From assembly GCA_963847185.1 (NCBI GenBank), contig CAWJYV010000007.1, positions 576,001-640,000 of the forward strand: 64,000 nt of DNA, written 5' to 3'. Made by a program: the position numbers and the translations under genes. This document shows positions 1 through 10,995 of the stretch, one piece after another; positions within the stretch are counted from its first letter, which is position 1; every line of letters begins with the position of its first letter. This DNA comes from an uncultured Methanosarcinaceae archaeon. GTDB taxonomy: Archaea > Halobacteriota > Methanosarcinia > Methanosarcinales > Methanosarcinaceae. Below the pieces are notes generated by a model. That model was not told the origin of the DNA. It searched no databases and worked only from the letters and a program-made list of their open reading frames with translations.

Positions 1-771
1 ATTCCCATGAGTGCAACTGCAGCTGAGGTTACAAAAACTGCAGAGAATACTTTCCGTGACCTTCAGATTGCAGCGATTAATGAGCTTGCTCTCTACTGTG
101 AAGCCATGAGGATAAACGTATATGATGTAAGAACAGGAGTGGACAGCTTAAAAGGAGAAGGAATTACAAGAGCCATTCTCTGGCCAGGAGCAGGCGTCGG
201 AGGCCACTGTCTGACTAAAGACACCTATCATCTGGAAAGAGGGGTCAAGATCGGGAAAGGTAAACTGGACTATCCGAAAGGAGCAGATTCGATCTATGTT
301 CTCGCAAGAAAGGTTAACGACTTCATGCCTGTGCACATGTATAATCTCACTGCTGAAGCTCTTGAGAGAATTGGAAAGAAAATGGAAGATTCAAAGATTG
401 CTATGTTAGGCTGGGCTTTTATCCGGGATTCGGATGACGCCAGGAACACACCTTCAGAACCATATAGGGATCTCTGCCTGAAAGCTGGGGCCAGTGTAGC
501 CGTGCATGACCCGTATGTTGTAAACTCTCCAGAAGTCGAAATTTCGGAGAATTTAGAAAAGATAGTTAAAGATGCGGATGCAGTGGTAATTCTTGCAGGA
601 CACAGCACATACTTTGATGTAAAGGCTGATTGGGTAAAGAAGCTTACAGGAAAGAAACACCCAGTTATTATAGATGGGAGAAACGTAATTGAGCCTGATG
701 AGTTCATTGGTAAGGGATTTGTGTATAAGGGAATTGGAAGAGGAGATAAAAACGAACATTTAATAGTATGA
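1..771 (+). CDS. Nucleotide-sugar dehydrogenase (UDP-ManNAc/UDP-GlcNAc 6-dehydrogenase family), 5'-truncated by the window edge
   Basis: AEVTKTAENTFRD central helix, catalytic PGAGVGGHCL motif, C-terminal GWAF..SDDARNTP and IIDGRN; frame is open to base 1. Confidence 0.9.
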   Translation: MPMSATAAEVTKTAENTFRDLQIAAINELALYCEAMRINVYDVRTGVDSLKGEGITRAILWPGAGVGGHCLTKDTYHLERGVKIGKGKLDYPKGADSIYVLARKVNDFMPVHMYNLTAEALERIGKKMEDSKIAMLGWAFIRDSDDARNTPSEPYRDLCLKAGASVAVHDPYVVNSPEVEISENLEKIVKDADAVVILAGHSTYFDVKADWVKKLTGKKHPVIIDGRNVIEPDEFIGKGFVYKGIGRGDKNEHLIV

Positions 772-828
772 AATAAACTCTTTCAATAGCTTAATTCCAT
801 TTTTATCACCTGGAGAAGGGCTAGGACA

Positions 829-1875
829 ATGATTGAAAAACTGAAACAAAACGAGGAACTCTGGGACCTTTATACCAAAAAAGAAGAATACAATTTGACT
901 TTCTCTGATCAGTATGAAAGGTTTCCTTACTATTTAAGTAGTCAGAGAAGCGTTTTTGATCCTAGAGTTTCCAGATTTCTGGTAGAAAACGGATTGAATC
1001 CTGAGTATCCCGAAGGGAAAAAATTTGCTGTCTGTCTTACTCATGATATTGATGTAATCTACCCGGAAAAATTATACCCAATCATCGGAACTGTGAAAGC
1101 ACTTGCTCAAAGGGACTTAACATGTGCTTTGAAAACGCCCTTCTCCAGAGTTAACAAGAAGTGTAACCCTTGCTGGAATTTCAAAGAAATAATGGAACTG
1201 GAGGCTAAATACAATGCAAAATCCAGTTTCTATTTTCTAGCCTTGCATCCTGGGGAGGAAGATTTCAATTATCAAATTGAGGAGCTTGAGGCAGAATTAC
1301 CATTTATATCCGACCATGGATGGGAAGTTGGCCTTCATGGGGGACATGAGTCTTACAAGAGTCTGGAAGATATAAAGGAGAAAAAGCAAAGGATTGAGAA
1401 AGTTTTTGGTAAAAAAATTATTGGGTACAGGAATCATTATTTAAGATTCAAAGTGCCGGATACATGGGAATTCTTGAGTCAAGCAGGCTTCAAATATGAT
1501 ACAACATTCGGATATCCAGACTGTGCAGGCTTTAGAAATGGAGTATGTCATCCCTTCAGGCCCTATAATTTAAATACTGGAAAACAAATCGATATTCTCG
1601 AAATTCCACTTATCATCATGGACCGGACGTTGCTAAGAGATTACATGCGTCTTGATGTTAAAAAGGCATGGGAGCTCGTAAAGAGCCTTATTGACAAGGT
1701 AGAGAAATGTAATGGTGTGGTTACAATTCTCTGGCACAATAATACCTCTATGGAAGGAAAGAACCTTGAATATTACGAAAAATTTCTTAAATACGTTTAC
1801 GAAAAGAAAGCTTGGATTACAAGTGGAGAGGAAGTCTTTAACTGGTGGTCCAAGAATGTTGAAACAGATGTTTAA
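829..1875 (+). CDS. Polysaccharide deacetylase (CE4/NodB-like) family protein
   Basis: LTHDID, EVGLHG, GYRNHYLRF, FKYDTT and LWH motifs; GGAG-type RBS upstream. Confidence 0.85.
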   Translation: MIEKLKQNEELWDLYTKKEEYNLTFSDQYERFPYYLSSQRSVFDPRVSRFLVENGLNPEYPEGKKFAVCLTHDIDVIYPEKLYPIIGTVKALAQRDLTCALKTPFSRVNKKCNPCWNFKEIMELEAKYNAKSSFYFLALHPGEEDFNYQIEELEAELPFISDHGWEVGLHGGHESYKSLEDIKEKKQRIEKVFGKKIIGYRNHYLRFKVPDTWEFLSQAGFKYDTTFGYPDCAGFRNGVCHPFRPYNLNTGKQIDILEIPLIIMDRTLLRDYMRLDVKKAWELVKSLIDKVEKCNGVVTILWHNNTSMEGKNLEYYEKFLKYVYEKKAWITSGEEVFNWWSKNVETDV

Positions 1876-1888
1876 AAATATTCGCGTT

Positions 1889-2065
1889 GACCCTTTGTTG
1901 TTCTGAGTGAGTAACTTCCATTCATCTTTTTATGTTAAACTGCATATTTAAAATTTAGAACTAGCGCTATTGGAAAATAGCATCCAATCTTGAGATTTCT
2001 TTTTTTGGCTTGGCTACTTTCTAACTAAGCACTTATTTTCAACTCATATAAAACAGTGAAGAAAC
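1889..2065. mobile_element. Degenerate MITE-like repeat; empty-site relative of the element at 40226-40527
   Basis: Shares TTTTTGGCyTGGCTACTTTCTAACTAAGCA and the CAGTGAAGA end with 40226-40527 and is collinear with it. Confidence 0.65.
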
Positions 2066-2533
2066 GAGAAAATTTCTTGCACTGAATAACTTGAATTCCA
2101 GAAAAAACTTTTCAGGAGGCTTTTCCTCTCTGGAGTTTTCAGTCCTATTTCAACTACTACAACACAAAAAGTTTTGGGATTTACGGGGAGATTCAGTCAT
2201 GAAGGCTTGATAGCTGACAATCTTGCCGATCAGTTAGTTTTAATACTCTCTAATAGTCCGCTTAAGCGGAAATACGGATTTCGTGCTCTGGAACTGAATT
2301 CAGATGCTGAAGTGGGACTTGGATATTGAAGTGGAAATTAGGATATGGAACTCGGATGCCGGAGTGAAATTCGGGAATCGTAGCTTGATTATTTGAATTA
2401 ATTGAAATTTGGTCGTGTACGCGGGTTATTGATCAATTCCGAAAAGCGAGTATATCTTCCGTATTTGAGAGAAATGTAGAGAGATTCTTATGCTTACAGT
2501 TTTCAATAACTCATGCCCACGACCTGAAATTTT

Positions 2534-2878
2534 TCACAGATTATTCGCTTTATACCTGATTAATCCAGTAATCGAATGCAGCAAAATCCCCATAAAAACC
2601 ATTGAAGTCCCTACCAGAGTAAGCAGTATTATTAAAGCTGTAAACTTAAAATCAAAGCCTCCGTCAAGATGAGATGTTTGCACAACATTAAGGCATATGT
2701 ACACTCCGCCTGCTACAAGAATAAAACCTGGCAGTGTAAAGTAGTAAAGAGGTTTATTAAGCTTGATATTGTTAAAAATTTTTGATAATATTGCCGGAAA
2801 ATGCCTTAAAGGGTTTTCTATTGAACGATTCACTTCATACATTTGAAATATATTTTGAAGCGTAAAACCACCTTCCAT
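2534..2878 (-). CDS. Stand-alone C-terminal two-TM module of the GT2 glycosyltransferases (truncated paralog or pseudogene)
   Basis: NKPLYYFTLPG...GILLHS aligns with the C-termini of 12146-13111 and 14118-15092; no catalytic domain. Confidence 0.65.
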   Translation of the reverse strand: MEGGFTLQNIFQMYEVNRSIENPLRHFPAILSKIFNNIKLNKPLYYFTLPGFILVAGGVYICLNVVQTSHLDGGFDFKFTALIILLTLVGTSMVFMGILLHSITGLIRYKANNL

Positions 2879-3230
2879 ATCCTTATCTAGATTCTTATGA
2901 GCTCATGTAACTGAATTAACTTTCTGGATTAAGAGGTTTCAAAATATAAATACTCATCTAAAAACACAATTGTGAATATCAATGAACATAGTTGAGAAAA
3001 AAGAGGCAAATCAAAAGATAGTAAGTTTGCAAATTACTTCACTTCATAAATCAGTACGATGATTCCAAAATAGATTCACACTAAGAAGCTAATTGCAGTT
3101 CTAAACACAAGTATTTAATTTAGAGACATTTGAGTTAGATGGACAGAGAAAAACAGGTGAATAAGGAATAATTGCCCAATATATTATAACCACGGAAAAC
3201 GCGTAAAGCTCTTAAAAACCGTGTCCATAA

Positions 3231-3425
3231 GTTAGTCCTCTTGAACGAGCTTAGCGAGTGAAATATACCTCGTGATGTTGCGATTACATCGTAACTCTCA
3301 GAAAATCTCCGATTTCCTGTTATCAAGAAGCGAAATTCTGAATTCTAAACCATAAATTAGTCTGCTTGAGCGAAGCGAAACAGACTGCGTACTCCCGAGG
3401 CGCAATTCGGGAAGCGAAACTCGGG
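3231..3425. repeat. REP-like dispersed palindromic repeat (CTTGAGCG.AGCGAAA...CTCCCGA.GCG.AA.TCGGG)
   Basis: Same motifs at 22753-22862, including GTTAGTCCTCTTGA and CGGGAAGCGAAACTCGGG. Confidence 0.65.
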
Positions 3426-3841
3426 GTTAAAATAGATGAAAAAACTGTGCTCACGTCTTCCTTATTCCGAATTTTCTGTGCTTTCAGCGGTTTACTGCTT
3501 TTTTTGGATCAGTGAAGAAAATAAGGAATTAACTATAGAATACTACCAAATAACTTAAATAATATTGAGAGTATCTTAATAAAAATTTATATATTTATGT
3601 TTCTTCAATGAAGCGTATTAGATAAAAAATTAAGTGCAGCTTTTAAGATTAAGGCTTGATCTTACTAGCTTTCTAATATAGTAAAGTTGTCTGTGCTTGT
3701 ATATATTCCCTTAATTATTTCCTAATTAATATCTATAAACAGAACTCTATCGTTTAAGTGTTTTCTGTCTATGTTACTTCATTCAGACTACTCTGAGAAG
3801 AAAAGAAGTAGTAATACAAAAATCTATGAGATTGAGTTATC

Positions 3842-5155
3842 ATGTATTTTCAGAAAATAAAAAATAGTTTCAAGTTATTCAGATATATTGCAGATCCTTT
3901 TATTCAAAACTCCCTCTTTATAATGTTTTCTTCTATTTTTGGTGCTGGTTTTGGATTCATTTTCTGGATTTTTGCAGCAAAATTTTATTCTGCAGAAAAT
4001 GTAGGAGTAGCGACAGCGCTTATTTCTTCTATGGGATTTCTCGTTTTATTGTCTAAAGTAGGGCTGGACTTCTCTATTATCCGCTTTTTTTCAGATAGTG
4101 ATAGGGACAAAGTGTTCAACACATCTTTAATCGTTACTACAGTGCTTGCTCTATTATTTGGAATTATATATATCCTGGGAATTGATATTTTCTCGCCAGA
4201 ACTTTATCTTATAAAGTCACCATTTAATGCTGCTCTTTTCATAATAATTCTCATAATTAATTCAATCACTACACTTACGGGAATTTCGTTTATTTCAGAT
4301 AGAAAAGGGAAATATCATTGTCTACAGAGTATAATTACCGGTTCCAGACTTTTGTTTCTAATACCATTTATAAATTTTAAAGCCATAGGAATTTTTAGCG
4401 CAGTGGGAATTTCTTTCTTCTTTTCCATGTTAGTCTCAATATATCTAATTACAAAGTCGGGAATTAAACTCGGATGTGTAATAGACCAAAATTATCTCAA
4501 AAACTCATTTCACTTTTCTGCAGGTAATTATCTTGTAAGTTTGTTTATGCTAGGGCCTACAATGATTTTACCTGTTTTGATATTGAACACTCTTGGAGCT
4601 GAAAGTGCAGCTTATTATTTCATAGCTTATTCGATAGCCTCACTTCTTTATATGATACCAAACTCTATCAGCCTTTCATTGTTTGTAGAAGGAAGCCACG
4701 GAGAGAATATGAAGAAAACCGTTCTCAAATCCCTTTTTTTAATCTATTCTCTATTGATTCCGTCCATAATAATCCTTTGTTTGTTGGGAGGAGAAATACT
4801 TAAAATAATTAGTTCCGAATATGCGGAAAAAGGCTTAGAACTACTGCAACTCTTAGCTATTTCTTATATCTTTTTTGGAATTAGTCAGACATATTTTTCT
4901 ATAAAAAGAATTCAGAACAGCATTCTTAGTATTGTGTATATTAATGGCTTTTCTTTCGTCTCTTTAATTGGTTTAAGCTACGCATTTATGCTCACATATG
5001 GAATAGTTGGGGTTGGTTATGCATCAATCCTGAGTAATGCTTTAATGTGTTTTTTCATTATTGGGTCTATTGTATGGAAAGATGGATGGTTTAAAGATAT
5101 TTCTTTAAGAGAGAATTTTAGAACAGATGTTCATTTTTCAGTTGATCAAGAGTAA
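3842..5155 (+). CDS. Oligosaccharide flippase (Wzx/MOP superfamily)
   Basis: Polytopic membrane protein; NSLFIM..GFGFIFW..AAK.Y and GLDFSIIRF patterns; glycan-locus context. Confidence 0.85.
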   Translation: MYFQKIKNSFKLFRYIADPFIQNSLFIMFSSIFGAGFGFIFWIFAAKFYSAENVGVATALISSMGFLVLLSKVGLDFSIIRFFSDSDRDKVFNTSLIVTTVLALLFGIIYILGIDIFSPELYLIKSPFNAALFIIILIINSITTLTGISFISDRKGKYHCLQSIITGSRLLFLIPFINFKAIGIFSAVGISFFFSMLVSIYLITKSGIKLGCVIDQNYLKNSFHFSAGNYLVSLFMLGPTMILPVLILNTLGAESAAYYFIAYSIASLLYMIPNSISLSLFVEGSHGENMKKTVLKSLFLIYSLLIPSIIILCLLGGEILKIISSEYAEKGLELLQLLAISYIFFGISQTYFSIKRIQNSILSIVYINGFSFVSLIGLSYAFMLTYGIVGVGYASILSNALMCFFIIGSIVWKDGWFKDISLRENFRTDVHFSVDQE

Positions 5156-5181
5156 AGATTCATATTAAAAAAGGAAAAAAC

Positions 5182-6243
5182 ATGCAACAAGTACGAGATA
5201 CTTCGTTCGATGCGCTTAGAGGAGTTGCAATAATAGCTGTCGTTGCAATTCATTCGATAGGGTATAGTTTAATGAATCTAAAAATTGAACCTGATTTCTG
5301 GAGCTACGATCTAGTTATTATTTGTCGACAGTTGCTTAATTTTGCTGTCCCGCTATTTATTTTCATATCAGGATATTGGACGCCAATGAGTATAAGCTCT
5401 AGTAATGAGTACAGAACTTTCCTAAAGAAAAGAGTTCCTAGAGTACTGATCCCTTATGTATTCTGGTCACTTATAATTATATCCATTTTTTCCTTCACAG
5501 GAAGCGAAATTAACTTTCGTGAAATATTGATCACACTTCTAACAGGTGGGGCTATTGGCCCATATTATTTCGTTATATTAATTATCCAGTTATATTTACT
5601 GACACCTTTAATTCAAATAACAGATAGTAAGTTTTATGGGGTAATTTCGATCTTTTTAATAAACTTATTTAGTCTTTTGTCATTGTACGTCTTACGGTTG
5701 TATATGCATATAGACATCCCACTTCAAAACTACGCTTTACCTTTTTATTCATGGATTATTTTTTATGACCTTGGACTGTTAATGCACAAAAGAGATGGGA
5801 AAATCTTTGACAAAGTAGACTCGTATGTAATTATAGCAGGAGTCATAGCAGGATTTATATTTTCAATATTTGAAGCAAAAGTATTAATGCTAAAATATAA
5901 TAATTTAGAATTTGCAGTTTCTGCTTTAAAGTTTTCATCTTTTCTGTACTCTATATCTATAATTTTTGCTTTTATTTATTTAAGAGACATTATTAAGAAA
6001 TGGCCCCAATTTTTAGTTAGACTTGGAGATGTATCGTTTGGCATATATTTAATACATGCACCTTTGATCTATGTCGTAGCCCGAATAGTTAAAAACATTG
6101 ATTTTTTTAATTCACTTCATTCTTTTCAATTTATATATAGTCTTTTTATAGCTGTGGTTTCCCTCTCAATCTCCTATATATCAATAACTGCTTGTCATAG
6201 AGTTTTTTCGAAATCATTTTGTAATAATATATTAGGTTTTTAA
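5182..6243 (+). CDS. Acyltransferase-3 family O-acyltransferase
   Basis: FDALRGVAIIAVVAIH, AVPLFIFISG, KKRVPRVLIPY and SFGIYLIH motifs. Confidence 0.9.
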   Translation: MQQVRDTSFDALRGVAIIAVVAIHSIGYSLMNLKIEPDFWSYDLVIICRQLLNFAVPLFIFISGYWTPMSISSSNEYRTFLKKRVPRVLIPYVFWSLIIISIFSFTGSEINFREILITLLTGGAIGPYYFVILIIQLYLLTPLIQITDSKFYGVISIFLINLFSLLSLYVLRLYMHIDIPLQNYALPFYSWIIFYDLGLLMHKRDGKIFDKVDSYVIIAGVIAGFIFSIFEAKVLMLKYNNLEFAVSALKFSSFLYSISIIFAFIYLRDIIKKWPQFLVRLGDVSFGIYLIHAPLIYVVARIVKNIDFFNSLHSFQFIYSLFIAVVSLSISYISITACHRVFSKSFCNNILGF

Positions 6244-6374
6244 GATAAAGTGACGGGAAGGAATGAAACTGAGATTAAATGGAATATGCGACTTAGAAAA
6301 AGAGACTGAAAAATATCGCTTGAATCAATAATTGAATCAAAAATCACAGGAAGAATTATAACTCAAAGCCATCC

Positions 6375-7739
6375 ATGGCAAACTATCAATTTAACTTTGA
6401 CATAAAAATCAGGATGATATGTGTGATTAAAGCTCCGAGTACAGTAAATGAAGTTGTAAAACTAAATTTATGCAGTGGATGTGGAACCTGTGCAGCTCTC
6501 TGTCCAAAACAAGCTATATCTATGAAAATTGATGAGAAGAAAGGAGTTTATGCTGCGCAGATAAATGAAGAAAAATGTACACAATGCCACGTATGTTTTG
6601 CAGTTTGTCCAGGGCATGGTGTGGATTATAAAGAACTAAATATGGAAATATTTGGAAAATTTCCCGAAAATATTCTAATTGGAAATTATCTTAATTGCTA
6701 TAGTGGGAACTCAACAAATTATGAAATTCGTTATAATTCCTCCTCTGGAGGGCTTGTTACTCAAACGCTGATATTTGCACTTGAAGAAGGAATAATTGAT
6801 GGTGCAATTGTTACTAGAATGAAAAAGGAAAAACCTCTTGAACCTGAACCTTTTATTGCAAGAACTAAAGAAGAAATTATTGAAGCAAGCGGGTCGAAAT
6901 ACTGCCCTGTACCATTGAATATCGCTTTAGAAGAAGCATTCAAAACAGAAGGCAAATTTGCGATTGTAGGCCTTCCATGTCATATTGATGGACTGAGAAA
7001 AGCCGAACAGGTTAATAAGAAATTAAAGCAGAAAATTGTATTACGGTTAGGTATATTTTGTAATCATTCTCCCAATTTTTATGCTACAAAAACTCTTCTA
7101 AGGAAGCTAAAAATAAAAGAAAATGATGTTAACAAAATAAACTATAGAGGAGAAGGATATCCTGGAAAGCTAAATATTCTTTCTGGAAAGAATAAGATAA
7201 GTCTAGTTCAATCTACTTCCTGGCGCCTTATTGGTTCACACTTCTTTTATCCAGATAGATGCCTCTGCTGCAGTAATGGAATTTGTGAGCTGGCTGATAT
7301 TTCATTTGGAGATGCGTGGCTTCCAGAAATGTCTGATGAAAAAATTGGGATATCTATATTGATTTCAAAAACTGAATTTGGAGATACACTACTCCGTAAA
7401 ATGGAGTCAAAAAATATCATTAGATTAAATCAAATGGATGCCAGAAAAGTAGTACAGTCTCAGGAAGGAATGCTTTATATTAAGAAGAAAAAAACAAAGG
7501 CATACAAATATCTTTTTGGTGCTGCACCTGAGAACAATAACCTTTTAAAATCAGATGGGCTAGACTTTATGCTGAGTCTGTTTCCCTGTTTAACTGTAAG
7601 ATTATTCTCCAGGCCAGTATTCAGAAAAATACTGCTTTGGGTACCAACAAAAGTTATTTGGCTTTATAGTGTCCCTTACTTTTACTTTATATTAAAAAAA
7701 GCAAAAAGTGATTTCAAAAGGAATAAGTGGACAAGTTAA
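6375..7739 (+). CDS. FrhB/FdhB-like (coenzyme F420 hydrogenase beta subunit family) protein with N-terminal 2x[4Fe-4S] domain; true start may be 6414 or 6423
   Basis: Two CxxCxxCxxxCP motifs, SSGG.VT, GSKY, VGLPC, GIFC and ADISFGDAW. Confidence 0.85.
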   Translation: MANYQFNFDIKIRMICVIKAPSTVNEVVKLNLCSGCGTCAALCPKQAISMKIDEKKGVYAAQINEEKCTQCHVCFAVCPGHGVDYKELNMEIFGKFPENILIGNYLNCYSGNSTNYEIRYNSSSGGLVTQTLIFALEEGIIDGAIVTRMKKEKPLEPEPFIARTKEEIIEASGSKYCPVPLNIALEEAFKTEGKFAIVGLPCHIDGLRKAEQVNKKLKQKIVLRLGIFCNHSPNFYATKTLLRKLKIKENDVNKINYRGEGYPGKLNILSGKNKISLVQSTSWRLIGSHFFYPDRCLCCSNGICELADISFGDAWLPEMSDEKIGISILISKTEFGDTLLRKMESKNIIRLNQMDARKVVQSQEGMLYIKKKKTKAYKYLFGAAPENNNLLKSDGLDFMLSLFPCLTVRLFSRPVFRKILLWVPTKVIWLYSVPYFYFILKKAKSDFKRNKWTS

Positions 7740-8986
7740 GCACTTAGCAGCTCCTTGACCAATTTTCCGTTTAGCATTGCCCTTTCTTTGACCTGAGGAA
7801 CTTTTATTTCCAATTGTTTTTTAATTTTTTCTCTATTCTTCCAAACATCGTCTATTCTTGAGATTAAACTTTCGTATGTTAGTTCTTTTACATCGAGAAT
7901 ATATTCTTTTTGCCCAAGCATTTCACCAACAATACCGTAAATTTTGTGACTGTATGCAATTCCTATAGTAGGGACCAGCATTGATGTGGAAGCTATTGTT
8001 GCATGCATTCTTGCTCCAATAAACAAGTCACAATGACCTATTATTCCTTTCAACTCCTCTGGTGTATAATCTTCTTTTATGGAGATTACTTTTGACTTAT
8101 TTGGGACAAGTTTACATACATCATCTGCAACCCATCTGTCATCATTTCTTCTAGGATCTATAACATGAGGAACTATAACTACGGTAGCTCCAAGATTCTC
8201 TGTTATATATTCAATTGTTTTAGCCATTACACTGACATATTGATTATATTTCTCCTCCGGCTTTTCGAAATCTGAAAAGCCATACCTGGAAATGATTTTA
8301 CTGATGGATATTCCCACTAAAGGCCTGTTGTTTTCAGTAATATTTTCTTTTGTCAATAATTCTGTTAATCTTGTTGAGTTTACTGCCTTTAATAAAAATG
8401 CAGAATCGGCAGTAATACATATGTGAGGTTTATTTACGTTTATTTTATTAAGATTCTCTTTAGAAATCTCTTCTCTAATGGTTATCAAATCAACTCTGTT
8501 AAGGACAAAGTTAGCCATTAATCTAGATATTGTACCTTTAAAAGGTCCTATAGATTCTGCGTATACTACAACTGGCTTTTTCAACAAAAGTCCAATTAAT
8601 AAGTAATTCAAATTGAAGGCTAAAGATAGGGTACCATAGTCTTCTGTTAAATTGTCGCCACCAGTATTAATTACAGCATCAGATTCTACATATTCACGTA
8701 AAATTTCATTTCTTGGCTTCAAATGGATTCCAAGTTTATTATATACCATTAATAAAAATGATGCCATCAATAAATTTAATGCTTTCAAGCCTGCCTTAAA
8801 AGATGAGTTATTCCCTACAGTCTCAATAACCTTTATTGGATACTGATTGTAATTTGCCTGATGCGCGAGCGCTGTAAACTTACATTCAGGAATAAAATAT
8901 GTAAGTGTTTCAATCATGGAATTTACTAAGGCTACGCCACCTTTGTTAAATCTGCCTCCAAAATTCACAACTAGTATTTTTGTCAT
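7736..8986 (-). CDS. Polysaccharide pyruvyl transferase family protein (WcaK/CsaB-like)
   Basis: NKG..A, TGGD, SIGPF, ITIREEIS, TADSAF, GARMHATIAS and IAYSHK. Confidence 0.9.
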   Translation of the reverse strand: MTKILVVNFGGRFNKGGVALVNSMIETLTYFIPECKFTALAHQANYNQYPIKVIETVGNNSSFKAGLKALNLLMASFLLMVYNKLGIHLKPRNEILREYVESDAVINTGGDNLTEDYGTLSLAFNLNYLLIGLLLKKPVVVYAESIGPFKGTISRLMANFVLNRVDLITIREEISKENLNKINVNKPHICITADSAFLLKAVNSTRLTELLTKENITENNRPLVGISISKIISRYGFSDFEKPEEKYNQYVSVMAKTIEYITENLGATVVIVPHVIDPRRNDDRWVADDVCKLVPNKSKVISIKEDYTPEELKGIIGHCDLFIGARMHATIASTSMLVPTIGIAYSHKIYGIVGEMLGQKEYILDVKELTYESLISRIDDVWKNREKIKKQLEIKVPQVKERAMLNGKLVKELLSA

Positions 8987-9019
8987 TTTTATTCTCCTTA
9001 TCTCAAATTTTTAATTTAG

Positions 9020-10943
9020 TCAGTCTTTTCCTGAGTAAGCTTTGACATAATAATTATTATAAATCAAATCATGTCTCGATGTCTGAAATTGTGATAGGAA
9101 ACCATCATCGATTACTTTGACTAAACCTAATTCTCCCCCTTTCCAGTCCATAACCACAGGTTCTTCTGTTATGCATTCCCTCAATAGTATTACATTTTTA
9201 TTTAGCGATTCGTAGTCAGTTTCATTAATGCCTTTAATGTCGCAATTACACGAAAGTTCTCTAAATAATATCGAATAACTTCCGTCAGTGTTTACGGTTC
9301 CACTACAAGTTTCAGCAATAGTTCTGGATGCTTGGATTTCAGAATTCGTAAACGAAGCACGTGGCCATCGCTCCTTACAGTAAAGTGGACTATCTCCATT
9401 GACATAAGGGGTTGTTATCATTGTAAATGTAAAAATAATAAATATTAGAGAAAGTGTTGTTATTTTCTTATTATTTAGTGAATTTACTAGGGAAAATATG
9501 GCTTGTGTTGACATAAAAATTAAAAATAAATATGCAAATGTAAGCCATCTGGTAGAAAGCTGAGCGTTTCCAATTCCAGTAAGTGGGGCTCCATATATGA
9601 AGAAATACAGGGAAACTGTAGCTACAATTATAGTGAACTTCTTAGAGTCTTGAGCTTTTGAAGAGAACCATATCAAGGCTCCAATAATAGCAAGGCCAAT
9701 AAGAATTAAATATCCCAAATGAAATAAGACGTTAGAAATCATGCTATATTGTGCATAATAATCAGCATAGACGTTAGAATCATGAGAAAAAAAGTCTCCG
9801 TATTTTAATACATTGACGATTGGATTAATTGCGAAATAAAAGAAACTTTTCCCACTAGTGAGATCCTTGTCAGCCTGCATCCAGTAATAAACAAGCATAA
9901 CTCCAAAAATTAATAGAGAATTCATGCTTAGAGTTGTACTTAAAGTGCTCATGTTCAAATATCTACGATTTCCATGAATATGAGTAAAAACATGTTCTCC
10001 TATAAATATACTTAATAAAATAATTAGTGAAGCTAAGGTGCTTAATTGGTGAGTAAGTATCAAAACAAAAATTAATAAGACTTTAATAATATTATTAGCG
10101 ACAAAGTTTGAATTAGTAAGTATAATATATAAAAGTATTAAGAGCCAGCAAAAGACTATTGATCCCGGCGTTATACTGGTCAAACTTGCTACAATAAATA
10201 TGTCACTTACGTTTGCAAGTAACATCGCAAATAACCCAAATTTAACTCCTGACTAACTTCTTGCCTATTAAATATATATATATTGTACTGACTGAAAAGA
10301 AAAAAACAGTAGAGAAAAACACCGAATCTTTAATATTAAAAGAAGATACTAGACTTAAACTTGCATTAAGTACATGGTAGATAGGGAAATCGAAATATTT
10401 TGTATAATCCATACTTTCTGGAGTAATAAAACCGGAAGCTACTACTTGATTTATTAATTTTGCATGCTTGAATAAATCATTTCCAATCAAACTATTAAAT
10501 TCATAATATATTCCATACCTTATGTTTAAAGATAAGAAAATTATTTTCAGTATTACAGACAGCTTTGTATCTCTTTCCTTCAGATAAATAATCTCAATAG
10601 CGATCAGTGAACTTAAAAAAGAGACTAATATAAAATAGACAAGAGGTCTGTGATATATATTAAAATAAAGCAGTAATATACTGATAGTATAAATAAATAC
10701 GAACATTATGTCCAGTGAGTGAATTATTGTTTTATTTGCATTATTAAGTCTGTAATCAAAATTGCTAAGCGATTCTTTGAAAAAACGATCTTTAAAAAGA
10801 ACATAGATTAGAGGTGAAATGAAAAATATTAATCCGATATCATATTGAAGCAATTTTGCATACCATGAGATAAATAATATAAGTATACCGAGAATACTGA
10901 TGCCTAAAGCAGCGACTAAGTCTAGTTTTGAAGAAATCTTCAT
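9020..10943 (-). pseudogene. Large polytopic membrane protein (GT-C/polymerase-like) split by a 1-nt frameshift into ORFs 10242-10943 and 9020-10225
   Basis: Removing one base near 10250 gives continuous IYLIGKKL(A/S)GVKFGLFAMLL; GNDLFKH loop; C-terminal soluble domain ending LIYNN. Confidence 0.65.
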
Positions 10944-10995
10944 AAAAACTCGTTCCTTCTAATAAATAAGCCCAATTTCCTTTTCATATCTAGTG

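Noticed and set aside
2285-2380. Degenerate ~20-bp GGAAyT.GGATryyGrAGT repeats
   Set aside because: Too irregular to assign; no ORF or terminal structure
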